Below are positions 43,325 through 58,455 of a stretch of 64,000 bases of DNA, piece after piece (the stretch's first letter is position 1; each line of letters starts with the position of its first letter). This DNA comes from the human T2T-CHM13v2.0 reference genome, Homo sapiens: assembly GCF_009914755.1 (NCBI RefSeq), contig NC_060934.1; one strand, written 5' to 3'. The translations under genes were made by a program, and so were the position numbers. The notes beneath the pieces were generated by a model. That model was not told where the DNA came from. It saw only the letters and a program-made list of their open reading frames with translations, and did not search any database.

Positions 43325-44668
43325 GATTCTTCCTGCAGACCACAAGCTCTTAATGCAACAATTTTCTCTTTCACATGATAAGAAGTACACATTCATTTTG
43401 ATTAACAAAAACAAATGGCTTTCACAGAGAGCCTTTGCTTTCACTTAAAGAATTAAACCACATGAAAAGTAAAAGTAGCTAACTCCATTGAACCATTTAA
43501 TTAAGTCCTCTGAGGAAGACTTTTCTTTTCTTCTTCAAAAATAACATTGCCCAAGAAATCAAGGAGAGAAGGTGGAAAAGTCTGCTGTGTATGCAAACAA
43601 GAAAGGACAATGCTTCCACCAATATCTCCCTGTAACCTACTTATACAGCTCTTCTAGAGACTTAAATCTGACAGAAGTAGGCCTTTTTCCCTCATATAGC
43701 ACATTTTGTATCTTAAAAAGGGTCTCAGACGATATCCCAGCAACAGCCTTTCCTCATTACACACTATCTCATAGTACAATGCTTCACATCCAACAGATGG
43801 TGGAGCCATTTTTGATACTTTTCTTTTTTTCAATAAAATGGAGCAACACCAACCAGTTGTCATCCTACAAAAAGACAGCCGTCAACATTGACGAATTTAG
43901 AAGCAGCCCTGTCAGAATTTTGAAAGCCTGCAATCTTACAAAAATCCAAGATCTTCGAGTGTGCTTTCTATGCACAATAAACAGGATAATTAGCTCTTTT
44001 CCTTGAATGCTAAACTTTCTCATTTAAAAGGGACAACTTTAAGATATCATTCTTCAAATTTTAATTTTCTCTTTAACTAAATAGCATGCATGTGACTCAA
44101 TTTTGTGCATACAGACACACATACATGATTAAAGGAATTCTCTTTTTAACTTATTTATAAACTAGATTTCCTTTGTACTGAAAAAGAACTGCAGATGGGA
44201 ATATTTTAATATCATCACCTTTCCTAGTGAGAGAGTTGCACACGTTGTAACTGTCACTCCCCAGCAACAGATCTGCCACGCCAAACAATTGAGGTCTCTC
44301 AAATATTCATTTTTTCAACAAATAATTAGGATGTATCAAATAATAATCATGTTATATTTATTCAACATAGATGCATCAGACTATGTAACCATATGTAAGT
44401 TTATGTATTTGTTTTTATTATCTATTATAAAATTTAAAAAGTTGCCAATTCAGGATGAGAAGAGAGAATTATAAAATGAGTGGAGAGATCCTAGTCTACA
44501 ACTCTAAATAGATCCACAGTGTGCATATGGCCACCTGAAGCTCCTTTCTACAGATTCGTCTAAAAACAGGGTAGGATATTTCTTCTACAGAAAGCTGATG
44601 TTGGATATTATTTCAGAGGAACATTCCCTAAACAATGCTCCATGGAACACAGATTCCACAGAATGTTA

Positions 44669-45046
<378 letters not shown>

Positions 45047-46084
45047 TTACACAACTGGTACACTTCAGAACATATCCTGAGAAATGCTGATTCATGCAGT
45101 GCTGTAGCCAAGTATTTAAATAGGAGAGGGGTGCTTAAAAGAAGAGAAAATAAATTCACATGGCTGTTCACAGATTCTTCCCACCACACTGAGATTTCCA
45201 AACAAATCCATTTGCTTTTGCTATTTCTTAAATGTGTTCTTCTTCCTTGCTAAATGGTCAACATCTATGTACCCTTTATCACCCTGCTCAAATGCCCCTG
45301 CTCCGTAAGCTCTTCTCCATAATACTGCATGATCCCCCAGCCACAGATTCATATCAGCACTTCTGCAACTCACTCAGGATAATCCATCATGACATTTGTG
45401 TGCATGCCCATTGTCCCTAATTGCCGGTATGTTTGTCTAGGGGAGGAGGAGAATTGACAAAAATACTTAATGAATAAATGAATTACTAAAAGACTGATTA
45501 ACTGAAAGAATGATACAACAAACAGCTCACTGGAAACTAGTGAAAATAAAAAAAGTATAATTGGCTTGAAATACAGGCATTCTCAGAAGAACGTTAATTA
45601 TAGACTATTTTGCTAAAATGAAAATTCAGCCTTTTTTCTTCAAATACATCCACATTCTCATGGGCCTCCATAAATTGTTAAAATTAAAACTGTATCTTTA
45701 AAATTGCTGTATGACTTTGACTCTGTGCCTCTGCTTAAAGTGAGTAATCTTTTTTATGGTTTCTGAATTGTAGGAAATACTAAAGTAAATTAATAGAATC
45801 AAAAGAAAATGTATGCTCAGAGATGAAATCTGACCATTCAAGTATTGAACAAACCATAATTCATTGGAAAATTTAATTTACACATTTAAAGAAATATGTT
45901 CCTTTTGTTTTAGGTGTCACAATCTCAATCTCGCGATACTAACTGCTAAAAACCAAAAGCATATGCATAAATGTCATTGACTCCAGTGCTCAAAAACTCA
46001 TAATACACCAAAAACCACTGTGAATGTTCAATTGCTTAAATAATCAATCTACTCTGGTCAAGAAATAAAGGGAGAAAGAAACTG

Positions 46085-47469
<1,385 letters not shown>

Positions 47470-49115
47470 CCTAACCTCAATATTTTTATCATTTGTTACT
47501 TTGTTTTAATAACTAATGGGGAAGACATCCATTTTGGATGGGGAAAAAAACAAGTATATATATGATTTTAGACCATGGTCTCTTATAGTGTTATATTTTC
47601 AAGGAAGTATGGTTTACAGAATAAAATGTGATGAATGTTACTGCCATGCAGACTTTCCAGATGTACTGAAAGTCAATCACTGACTTCCTGATAATGAAAA
47701 AGCCACACATTTAAACTATGGGAGAAAAGCAGATCATCTATTTAGTCACTTTTACTCAATCAGCTTGTTGATTTACTCAAGAACAAAAATACAAGATCAA
47801 CCCAAGTAACAGACACTGATTATGGTCATGAATAAAGTGATGATTGAGACATTCCTTTGTCAAAATGTCTGCCAATACTTGAACAAGTCACATCCTTCCT
47901 GGGAGCTCTGTGCCCTAGGACAGTATCCAGTCAGGTACTTGATCAGGAGAATGGGACAGAAAAAAACAAAAATACATGTGGGGTTCTGCAATGCTTTAGT
48001 TATTTCTATAGAAGAATCTATTAATAATACAACTCACATTTCTCCTAAACACATTTAATAATAGATCACCTCATATTTAAAACTGCCCCAAATGAAGCTT
48101 TTTTTAAAAAAAAAAAGATTTTTTTTAACACACACTCTACTTTGTCCCACAAATAAATGAAGGTAAAGTGGCATAAAACAAATATTGGCCAAGTACATAG
48201 CATTGACCAAAAAAATGTGCAGGAGGTTTATGAAAATCTGTGCCTAAAATAACCTGAACAACTATTGTATGAATCAGAGGGGATGAGTCTTAATCCTTGT
48301 TCTGCCACCAACTAGCTCTGTGACTTTGACCAAATCACTTCATCTCAAGAGGTTCCCTTTCCTCAGACTGTTAAAAGCAACCGGAATCTTCCCCGCATGC
48401 CCGAGCAATATTGTCAAAGGTGTTTGCTGAAATAAATCATGAAGAGATATATAAATTTCAAGTATTATTAACTTTGCCAAGAAGACCACTTTCACCCTAC
48501 AATGTTATTGCCATATAGCTTAGAACCTTCCCTTTTTTGTGGGGGTACACAGCACCAGAGGATATTTAAGCAACTGATAAATCACAGAATCCACCCTTCT
48601 GCACATCACAATATCAACACATTGCAATGCAAAGTGAGCGGTTCTCCAAGACAAAAATTTCTGCTGTGGCAGCTTCACCAGGAGGAACATCCTGCACTGA
48701 ACTCTCCCAGCATCCCTTGTCATTTGCATGGGCAATTTCAGTCTTGTTCTCCCCTCGCACGCTGTCCTCAAAGAGTTGGTATCCCATCAGTCACTGTGAC
48801 AGCCCCACATTATAGTTCAGTGTAATTTGTTTATTGACTTCTGAATACCAAATTCCTTCAAGGAGAGTCACAGACCCACAGCATGCTGGGGAAACACGGC
48901 TGGAAAACATGTAAATACAGATGCAGTCTGGCAGCTTCTGATGGTTGCCACTCAGAAAATCTCCCGGGGCGGTCTTCTTCCAAGGGCCATTCTACTCTTA
49001 GACATAATAAATTTCTACCAAAAAAAAAAAAAAAAAACCTAAGTAACAGAAGAGAAACAATAGATTTAGCACCACATGAGTTTTAAAAATATAAAAGTGG
49101 TAAAGATGCAAATGG

Positions 49116-49839
49116 TTGCAGTCTTAGAGTCCTTCCAAGAAACAGAATCAATAAGAGGGAGAGAGAGAGAAATTCATTTCAAGGAATTGGCTCACATAAT
49201 TGTGGGGGCTGGCAAGTCCAAAATCTGCAGGGTAGAGACCCAAGCAAGAGTTGATATTGCAAATTCGAGTCTAAAGGTCTAGGCCGGGCACAGAGGCTCA
49301 TGCTTGTAATCCCAGAAATTTGGGAGGCTGAGGTGGGTGGATCACCTTAGGTCAGGAGTACGAGACCAGCCTGGCCAACATGGTGAAACCCTGTCTCTAC
49401 TAAAAATACAAAAAATAAAAAATAAAATTAGCCGGGCATGGTGGCAGGTGCCTGTAATCCGAGGTACTCAGGAGGCTGAGGCAGGGAGAATTGCTTGAAC
49501 CCGGGAGGTGGAGGTTGCAGTGAGCCAAGGTCACACCACTGCACTCCAGCCTGGATGACAGAGAGAGACTCCAACTCAAATAAATAAATAAATAAAAAGA
49601 CTGTCTAGAAGAATAATTCCTTCTTCTTTGCAAGAACTTAATCTCTTTTCTCTTAAAGCCCTCAACTCTTTAAATGAGACTTACCCACATTATGAAAAGT
49701 GATCCGTACTAAAAGTGTACTGATTAAAATGTTAATCTCATGTTTTAAAAAAATCTTCATAGCAACATATAGACAGGTGTTTGACCAAAGGCTGGGTACC
49801 ATGGCCTAGCCAAGCTGACATATCACATTGAACATCACA
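49116..49839 (-). mobile_element. MLT2D-like LTR interrupted by AluS (49282-49598)
   Basis: aaggaattggctcacataattgtgggggctggcaagtcc...gcctagccaagctgacata. Confidence 0.85.
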
Positions 49840-50042
49840 GTGGCCTTTTAGAGTGTTTCTCCTATGAGGGTTGCTACCATCTAGCAGGCCCACCACACCC
49901 AGGGTCTGGGGCCCGCTGCTTTGCATTTTTGGAGAAGAAAGTTTATCAATTCATTGTAGATTTGGGTGAGAACTTAGCAAAATTATTTATTCTAACCAAG
50001 CTCATAAGAAGATTGATTACACGTCAGAACCAAACTCAACAG

Positions 50043-50393
50043 GGATGAGACACCACATCACTCCAGAGCCTAGAATGTCATCTGTGCGATTTTCATAGCT
50101 TTGCTTCTACTATTGTTCTCCCACCCATCTATTTATTGAAATCTTCTCATTCCTAGAAAACACCTGTCAAATGCCACAATCTTCAAAAGCCCTTTGAATC
50201 TACACAGTCAAATTAAACCAACCGCCCACCCTGACCCCGTTCCTCACTTTCTTTGTTCTGCTTTACTGCTGGTTCACTGTTCTCATGCTTCTCCCCCTAC
50301 TGCAGTGACATCCCCTTCTTTGCAGGCAAAGGCTGTGTTTCTGCATCTCTCTTCTCTAATGTGGAGAGAGGAAGGCCACTTAGAGGCAAAGTG
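50043..50393 (+). repeat. Left arm of ~350-bp inverted duplication
   Basis: Reverse complement of 51019-51368; about 24 differences by manual alignment. Confidence 0.95.
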
Positions 50394-51018
50394 AACTGTC
50401 TATTACAGAAATATTTTCCTTCCAATTTTATTTAATTTTTGTATATTACTTCTTATTGGTATAAAACCTCAACGGGCTAGAAAAATGGTCTCTCCAGAAT
50501 ACCTCATTGATGAGGAGTAAGAGCTTTAGTATCCCCCAGGAAACCAAAGTGAACATGAAAGGTTACTGAAGAGCATAGGATTTGAATGACCTTGAGAGAC
50601 CAAATGAAGGGGGAGGAAGACTAGGTAATATCTAAGGTCCTTTTCATCTCTAAGTTCTAGATAATTCAACCTTATAAACTGCTACTATCTCATAACAGAG
50701 CATACCATTCTTTATAATCTATCTTTGGTTTCACCAGGTAGAGTCTCTCTTTTGCCTGGACATCATTAGATACGTGCTGATAAATTCTTACTTTCTGATT
50801 TTACTTTTTCTGTATTCTCACGGAAACTATCTGATTTCTGTTGGCAACTTTTTTTTTACCTTTTCTCAATTCGGTAATCTTTCATAACATCATCATCACA
50901 ACTACATTTTAAACACATTAAAATCAATTCTCACAGCCAACGTGTAAAATCCCTATATTATTTCCCTCTTTTTACAGGTGAGAAAATTCAAAGACATTAA
51001 ATATTCTTAGAGGCAATA

Positions 51019-51368
51019 CACTTTGCCTCTAAATGGCCTTCCCTCTCCACATTAGAGAAGAGAGATGCAGAAACACAGCCTTTGTCTGCAAAGAAGCAGA
51101 TGTCACTGCAGTACGGGGAGAAGCATGAGAACAATGAACCAGCAGTAAAGCAAAATAAAGAAAGTGAGGAACGGGTGCAGCGTGGGCGTTTGGCTTAATT
51201 TGACTGCGTAGATTCCAAGGGCTTTTGAAGATGGTGGCATCTGACAGGTGTTTTCCAGGAATGAGAAGATTTCAATAAATAGATGGGTGGGAGAACAATA
51301 GTAGAAGAAAAGCTATGAAGATCACACAGATGACATTCTAGGTTCTAGAGTGATGTGGTGTCTCATCC
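51019..51368 (-). repeat. Right arm of ~350-bp inverted duplication
   Basis: See left arm; flanked on both sides by MIR-like sequence. Confidence 0.95.
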
Positions 51369-51799
51369 TATGTAGAATGCAGAAAAAGTCATGAAGCCAT
51401 TTGGCTGTAGGGGCTGTGCTCTCTGTCTCCAGTACACAGCACTGTTTCCTATGTTAAAAAATAATGCTTCAGATTCCCTGAGTCTTACACACCCTGTTTC
51501 ACTGACTTTCATCCTTTTGCCTATTGACTTTGCACCTAGATTTGGCTTCCATCTATTATGAACACTCCACTCAGCCATGTGTGTATGGAATGTACAGAAT
51601 ATCCTTCTTCTTTAGAAGAAATTATATGCCCCTGAAACCCAGCCAGGATGAAAAAAGAAGAAATAGAATAAAGCACCATCCCTGATGTCTAGAGATAGGA
51701 AAAAAACACATACACCTCAACCTCAACCTGACTATGACCACATCATACCCCTTACACAAGAAGCCAATCAGAGCTTTGCGAGGATTTATATTCGGAGAT

Positions 51800-52340
51800 C
51801 ACATTTTTTATTGTAATTCTCATTTGTAATCCATGCTTTTATTTTCTGTATGATTTAAAAAACAAATGCATAAAATTAGAAATCAATGTTAATGAGTACA
51901 CAATGTGTAGAGATGTAATTTGTGATACCAATAAGCTAAAAGGAGTAGAGATGTAAAGCAGTAGGGATTTTGTATGTGGTTGAAGTTAGGTTGATATGAA
52001 TTCACAACAGATAGTTATAGTTTAGGATGCTTTATGTCATCCTCATGGTACCCCCAAAGAAAATATCTACATAATATACATAAAAGAAAATGAAAAGAGA
52101 ATCAAAGTGTGACACTGCAAGTAATCAACTAAACACAAAGGAAGAAAGGAATAGAGAAATGAGGCACAAAAAAATCTATGACACATGGAAAACAAATAAC
52201 AAAATGAACAAATTAAGTCATTCCCTAACAATAATCACTTTAAGTATAAATGGATTAAATTCCCCAGTGAAAAGACACAGATTGGCAGGATAATTTTCTT
52301 AAATGTCCTAACTATATGTTATCTACAGGAGACTCTGTTT
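51800..52340 (+). mobile_element. Old L1M inter-ORF/ORF2 endonuclease-start fragment
   Basis: IITLSINGLNSPVKRHRLA resembles the L1 ORF2 N-terminus. Confidence 0.8.
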
Positions 52341-52459
52341 TTAAAACCACTTTATTGAGATATGATTGAAACTTAAAAGCTGTACATATTCAATGTATAC
52401 AACTCAATGATCACATTTGTTCCTTAAGTATTTAATTTAACTGAAAACTTCACCTATGA

Positions 52460-52570
52460 GGGTGTGGTGGTGTGCTGGCCTGTAGTCCCAGCTACTCGGG
52501 AGGCTGAAGCAAGACAATCACTGGAGCCCAGGAGTTTGAAACCAGCCTGGACAACACAGCAAGGCCAAAA
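52460..52570 (+). mobile_element. FLAM-type Alu monomer
   Basis: gggtgtggtgg...cctgtagtcccagctactcgggaggctga...ccagcctggacaaca. Confidence 0.8.
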
Positions 52571-53489
52571 GGAGAGCAGAGAAGGGGAGAGGAGAGGAGA
52601 TATTCACATGGTTCAAAATAAAAACATGTATTTTTTAAAGATATATGATAAAAAGTTTAAAAAAAAAACTTTACATATCAGATAAGAAGGAAAATGACAC
52701 AAACTGCACCAAGAAGTGTTTGCGCTTTTTCCTTCAGAAGGAAATGCAAGTTGCAATGAGCTGTCACCCTCCAAAGGAGTGGTTCTGAGGGAAGATGGCC
52801 AGGCTCATCTGTCAGCAGATGTCACTTCATGAGTCAACACTGGGAAGAGAGAGCAAACGACCTCAAAATGTTCACAGAAAATGATGACACAGGTCAAGTC
52901 TGCATTTTGCTAAAAGAAGCTAAGCTTTCCACCTCAATTCTCCAACCACTTCCCAATTTTTCTGCAGTAGAATGATAGGCAGCTAACAATAAGACTCCGG
53001 AGAGCCTGGCAGCAAAAGACACCCACAGCCCAATCCAGCCTTGCTCAGGATCTACAAAGCCCACACAGTTCAAAGTCAGTGGAACAGGGGACTCACCCCT
53101 GCCCTTCATGTGGAAGCTCAGTCACCAGCTGACTGTCACCGATTGGTCAGCGGGGTATAGAAGCTCTTTCTATATAGAGCAAAGTCTGTAGAGATGCTAA
53201 AACCAAGATTAAATGGCATGATCTTGAAAGAGCATGGATAATCCAGTGAAATCACCAACACTCAGGAAGAGCAGTGCCGCTCCACCCCTCAAGAATGGGA
53301 TTTTACAGACCAGGTTCTCTCCAGCCATGTTCTGTAGAAATGCCACTTCCTTGAACCCTGGGAGGGCCACCGGTGGTGCATACAGACAGAAAATGCTCAG
53401 CCCCAACCTGTTGTCACCTAGTCCTACTGATGACTCCACTAAAGACCTGGGGTCCACATAAATAATTCGCTGACATACAATTAAATGGA

Positions 53490-53755
53490 AAGAGCATGTT
53501 CTAGGGTTTGACAGCACAGTAGGGTGACTATAGTCACAACAATATATTGTCTATTTCAAAACAGCTAGAAGAGAAGATGTTCCCAACACATAGAAACGAT
53601 GTTTGAGGTGACAGATATCCTAATGCCTTGATTTGATCACTATACATTGTATGTATGTATCAAAATATCACATGCCCCATAAATATGTACAAATATTATA
53701 TCACGATAAATGAAAATAAATAAATACATAAAACTTTAAAATAAAAAAATTAAAA
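53490..53755 (+). mobile_element. L1MA 3' end
   Basis: cacagtagggtgactatagt...gatttgatcactatacattgtatg...A-rich tail. Confidence 0.85.
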
Positions 53756-54317
53756 GAATTCACTGACAACGTTCTTTCCCCCCTACCATCTTGAGCATAT
53801 ACAATGTAAGATTTGTAGTTTGGAGAATTTTGGGGAGAAAAGAGGAGTGTTAATTAAGTGATGTTAAGCAGACTTCTTGGCTATAATCCCACTTCCCACT
53901 CTTTTAAAATCCTGGCTTTCTAGATGCTTTCTGTGAGTCCCTGCATACTCATCCACACTCACAAGAGTCTGAAAGGAAACAGGCAAAAATATTATCTATG
54001 ATTGTTTCTGAAGGATGGGAATTTCAGGCAGTTTCTTCTTCTTTATTGCTTTATGTTGTTTAAACATTTATAATGAGCATCAGTAGCTAAGGAAAAAGAT
54101 AATAAAGCTGTTTTCATTTTTCAAGTATAAAAATAAGCCTACCCGTTGGATTCTTTATAAGCCTCATCCAATGTTCCCTTATTATAATAATCCCCAAGAA
54201 GTTATGAAAATCAAGGCCTTAGCATTTCATTTTTAAGGTATGGCCTGAAACTTGAGCTAAACCAACATGAAGGGTCGCGTGTGAGTGTGATAAAGTGGGA
54301 TTTAAGAAGTATGCCTA

Positions 54318-54644
<327 letters not shown>

Positions 54645-57039
54645 TCAGGGCAAAATGGACAAAATAGGAGAAAAATTGAAATTTTTGCAAAAATGTGTTT
54701 CAAATAAATTTTTTAATGACTCATCAAATAGTGCTGTGAGAAATGAACTAGAAACAGTAGAAAGGTGGTTTGGGGTCCACGTACCTTTTCTCTTTTTTTG
54801 GTGTTTTCTGTTTTCTGTTTGTTGTTATTGTTATCATTACTATTAACAAGAAAAACAAAAAGTGCCAGTTAAGGTAGAGCCAGGCCAAATCTGTTTAATG
54901 GTTATTTTTCCCAGTTGGTTGTATGGGTTTATAGGTGACTAGCTGGCATTGTCCGGAACGTTCCAAGTCAACCGTTTGCCCCAAGCATTTCCGGGTCATT
55001 CTGATCTATCCAGCCTTGCACTTAAGCAGCTGTACTGCCTCTCGAACAGGCATCGGGGCATTGTTTTTGTTTGTTTGTTTTTCTGGCTCAAGAACAAGCT
55101 TTTTCTGTTTTCTTTGAAATGTGAGAGATTTAAATAAGTTTTTCTAAGCCATTTTCAATTCATAAGTTTACATGTAAATTCTCTTGGATACAGATGAAAG
55201 GAAGGACCACAGCACAAATGTATTTTTTCCAAACTGTTCTAAGAATTTTGAAAAACTTATGAAAATGCCAAGCTCTGCCCGAGATCCCTATTAATGTCAT
55301 TCAAATAAATTTTTATTTTATTGAAACTCTGCATTAAAAGAAATGTATGACTTGGCACTTACTCGGAGGCATACAGTACAATCATAGTATCCAAAAATGC
55401 CCAAATTTTTCAATTTCATGAAACTTGAGAGTTAATTACCCAGGCACTGCAAGATAAGTGCTAATATAAACACAAAGACAGATTTCAATGCTTTAGTATT
55501 ACTTTAGAAAATAAAGTTGTTTTTAAAGCGTTCTTACTTCTGGGCAGAACTGATGAAAGTTCTGTTTCTGTTAAGAGGGAGATGAACTTCTACCCTGAAG
55601 AAGAAAATGTATCCAGTTAGTTTCAAAACCACCATAGTTCATTATATCTGGGGGAGTTGTTGATACTGAGAATTCTTTTAAGCTTCTGCTATTAAAAAGT
55701 TTTACAACCTTATGCTTTCTTAATTTTTTCAGAAGCATTGTAACAAGTTATAACCTTGAGCTAGGACTATGAAATTGGAAAAAGTCCAAGCAAATCTTTT
55801 AAAATCTATAATTTCAGAGAAAATATTTACAGTTTTAAGTACTGGGAAGAATTCTCTGAGACCAAGAGACATTGTAAAGAGGGAAATATTCAGCTAACAA
55901 GAAATTTCTAAATCGGCTAATTCACACACCCCAAAGGAAATAGGTCTGGAGGCAGAGGGTCTGTGGCATCAAAGCCACAGATCTTTTAACTTTGGTGTCA
56001 ATGCTGTATTGACACACAAAGATCAGGCCACCAAATGATCGTGTGACATAAATGAAAACCCACCCACCTGTTTTGCTACTTTAAGGTTACCATTATGCAT
56101 GTAACCACATCCTGGCTCTATCACCCACCAGCTATGCCACTTGGGGATGTTATTTAACCTCTGTGTCTCGGTTCTGTCATCCCTAAAATGGCAATAATAA
56201 CAGTGTGTACCTCACAGAATTGAATTAATATCTGTAAAGTGTTGAACATGTCTGGCACAAAGTCTGTGTTAGATAAACTGCAATTTACACAACTCCTGCC
56301 ACCCAACTCCGTGACAAGCCTGTAGCGCAGATAATCCAGCCAAATTAGCATCAAGTGTAGCCACCATGCCGATGAGGGCGTTCAGGGGGCTCCCGCGTGA
56401 GAATAAAAAGAAATGATCCGGAATGACTCCAAGTGGATGCACCACAGCGAAGCACACATTAAAATCAGCCAGAGTATCTTGGCTCTGGGCTGCCCTGAGG
56501 CTACACAGGCAAATGCTTTGTTTGTCCTGAGGCTTTAGTTGTCTCTGGGAGGTTCATCCCAAAGCAGACCAGTGAACTATATTCAGAGTCCTGCCTTAAC
56601 ATTAGAGTAGAGTGAAATAGAAAGAGCAACTAGTACTTCCTGAGCTCTGACACAGGCTAGACACTAGGTCAGATGTCTCTGCATCATGATGTAGGATGAT
56701 TATCTGCTTTTAACGGTAGAGAATATTTTGCCATCATGAAGCTATTAGGTTTTGCAAGGTAGGAGGAGGTTATAGAACTCACACCCAGATCCCTGATTGC
56801 AATTTATGGGCTTTCTCCTACACAGCCCTCTCTCTTGTTCATAAAACCTAACATAGAGTACTTCAAAGAGAATGGGGAAACTTATTCAATTCTTTAATTC
56901 AACCAAATAATGAATCAGACAATCAGGAGTTACTAAATTTGCGCAAAGTTCCCTGTTAAAAGCTGGACCTGCAAAAAAGATACACTGACTGTCCTCCCGG
57001 AACTTTAAAAGCAATAGGAAAAGGTTTTGGAGAAGGAAT

Positions 57040-57590
57040 CAGTATATGTAGCCAGTGGGAGGATAATTTTAGTACAACCATTTTGAAACACAAAATAGCA
57101 TCACATCCTAGAAATGTTGAACATGCATAGAGAACGAGCCAATCCACTCCTAGGTATATCTTCTAGAGTTGGAACTCTTGCACATGTACACCCATATTGT
57201 CATGTCAAAAGAACTCGATATATTCTACATTAGAATATTACACAACAGTGAAATTGACAGCAGTGATGGATTGCAACATTAAAGCTGTATGGATGCATCT
57301 CAAAAGCAAAATACTGCGAGAAAGAAAGCAAATCACAAAATCATCCACATGCAGATTAACTATAAAAGAAAGCAAGGAAATTATAACCACAAAATTCAGG
57401 ATGGTGGTTCATCCAGGAGGGAGGAGGTGTGGTCAGGGAGGGCTCCATGCAGTACGGCTAATCCCTTTCTTAAGCTCGGAGTCAAAGACAAAAGTGCTCA
57501 TTTTATGATTCTTTAAACTATGCATTCAATTTAAAGCTTTTTGCATATATGATATATTTATCAAATAAAGTATTATTTAAAAAAACAGGT
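57040..57590 (+). mobile_element. Old L1ME 3' fragment
   Basis: caaccattttgaaa...caatccactcctaggtatat...atggatgcatctcaaaagc. Confidence 0.7.
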
Positions 57591-58103
57591 AGAAAAGTCA
57601 ATTTTACTCCATTAAATGCCAAAAGCAAAATAGTCATATATACAAGTGGCCACAAAATAAGATAAAACAAGTGGTTAAGCTGAGATTTCTGGGTGCCTAT
57701 GTCCCAGATCTTATGCCGGGCTTTCACATCTAAAATCTTATTTAAAATAACAGAGAGGTTATATGGGGTTTCAGAGAAAAGGGAGATGACACCTGGTTGG
57801 GAGAACAGTCTCCCGGGAAGGGTTGCTTTTTGACTTTTGGCGGTAAGGCAGAGTAATGTGTGTAAGTAGTATTAATAGCAGGGAGATGCAGCATCTCAGG
57901 TAAAACAAAAAAGCAAGATGTGGAAAACAGGCATCAAAGGGACCTTGCCCATATCAAAGAAACACCAAGCAACACCGAGAAAAACCATTTGGGACCTTTA
58001 TCTTAACTGTGTGTCACTAGAGCTAAAGGTTACTACAAACTAGTTTTCAAATCTGAAATTCTGTTAAGAATCTAAATGATACCTAATAGCCAATGAAATT
58101 CCT

Positions 58104-58455
58104 TTTTTTTTTTTTTTTTTTTTTTTTTGAGACGGGGTCTGGCTCTGTCGCCCAGGCTGGAGTGCAGTAGCGTGAACTTGGCTCACTGCAACCTCTGTCA
58201 CCCAGGCTGGAGTGCAGTAGCGTGAACTTGGCTCACGGCAACCTCTGCCTCCGAGGCTCGAGCAATCCTCCCACCTCAGCTTCCTGAACAGCTGGGACTA
58301 CAGGAGCGCACCAGCACACCCAGCTTATTTTTGTATTTTTTGTATATTTTTTATAGAGACAGAATTTTGCCATGTTGCCCAGGCTGGTCTCAAACTCCTG
58401 AGCTCAAGCCATCAGCCCGCCTTGGTCTCCCAAAGTGAGCCACTGCACCTGGCCC
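58104..58455 (-). mobile_element. AluJ with a 50-bp internal tandem duplication
   Basis: 58143-58192 repeated at 58193-58242. Confidence 0.9.

Noticed and set aside
50043-51368. Inverted arms as transposon TIRs or a pre-miRNA
   Set aside because: No TSD or transposase remnant, the spacer contains MIR-like DNA, and a 625-nt loop is far too large for a Drosha hairpin.
56360-56416. Perfect Kozak gccaccATG with a 16-codon ORF
   Set aside because: Tiny ORF, antisense to the host gene, no promoter evidence.
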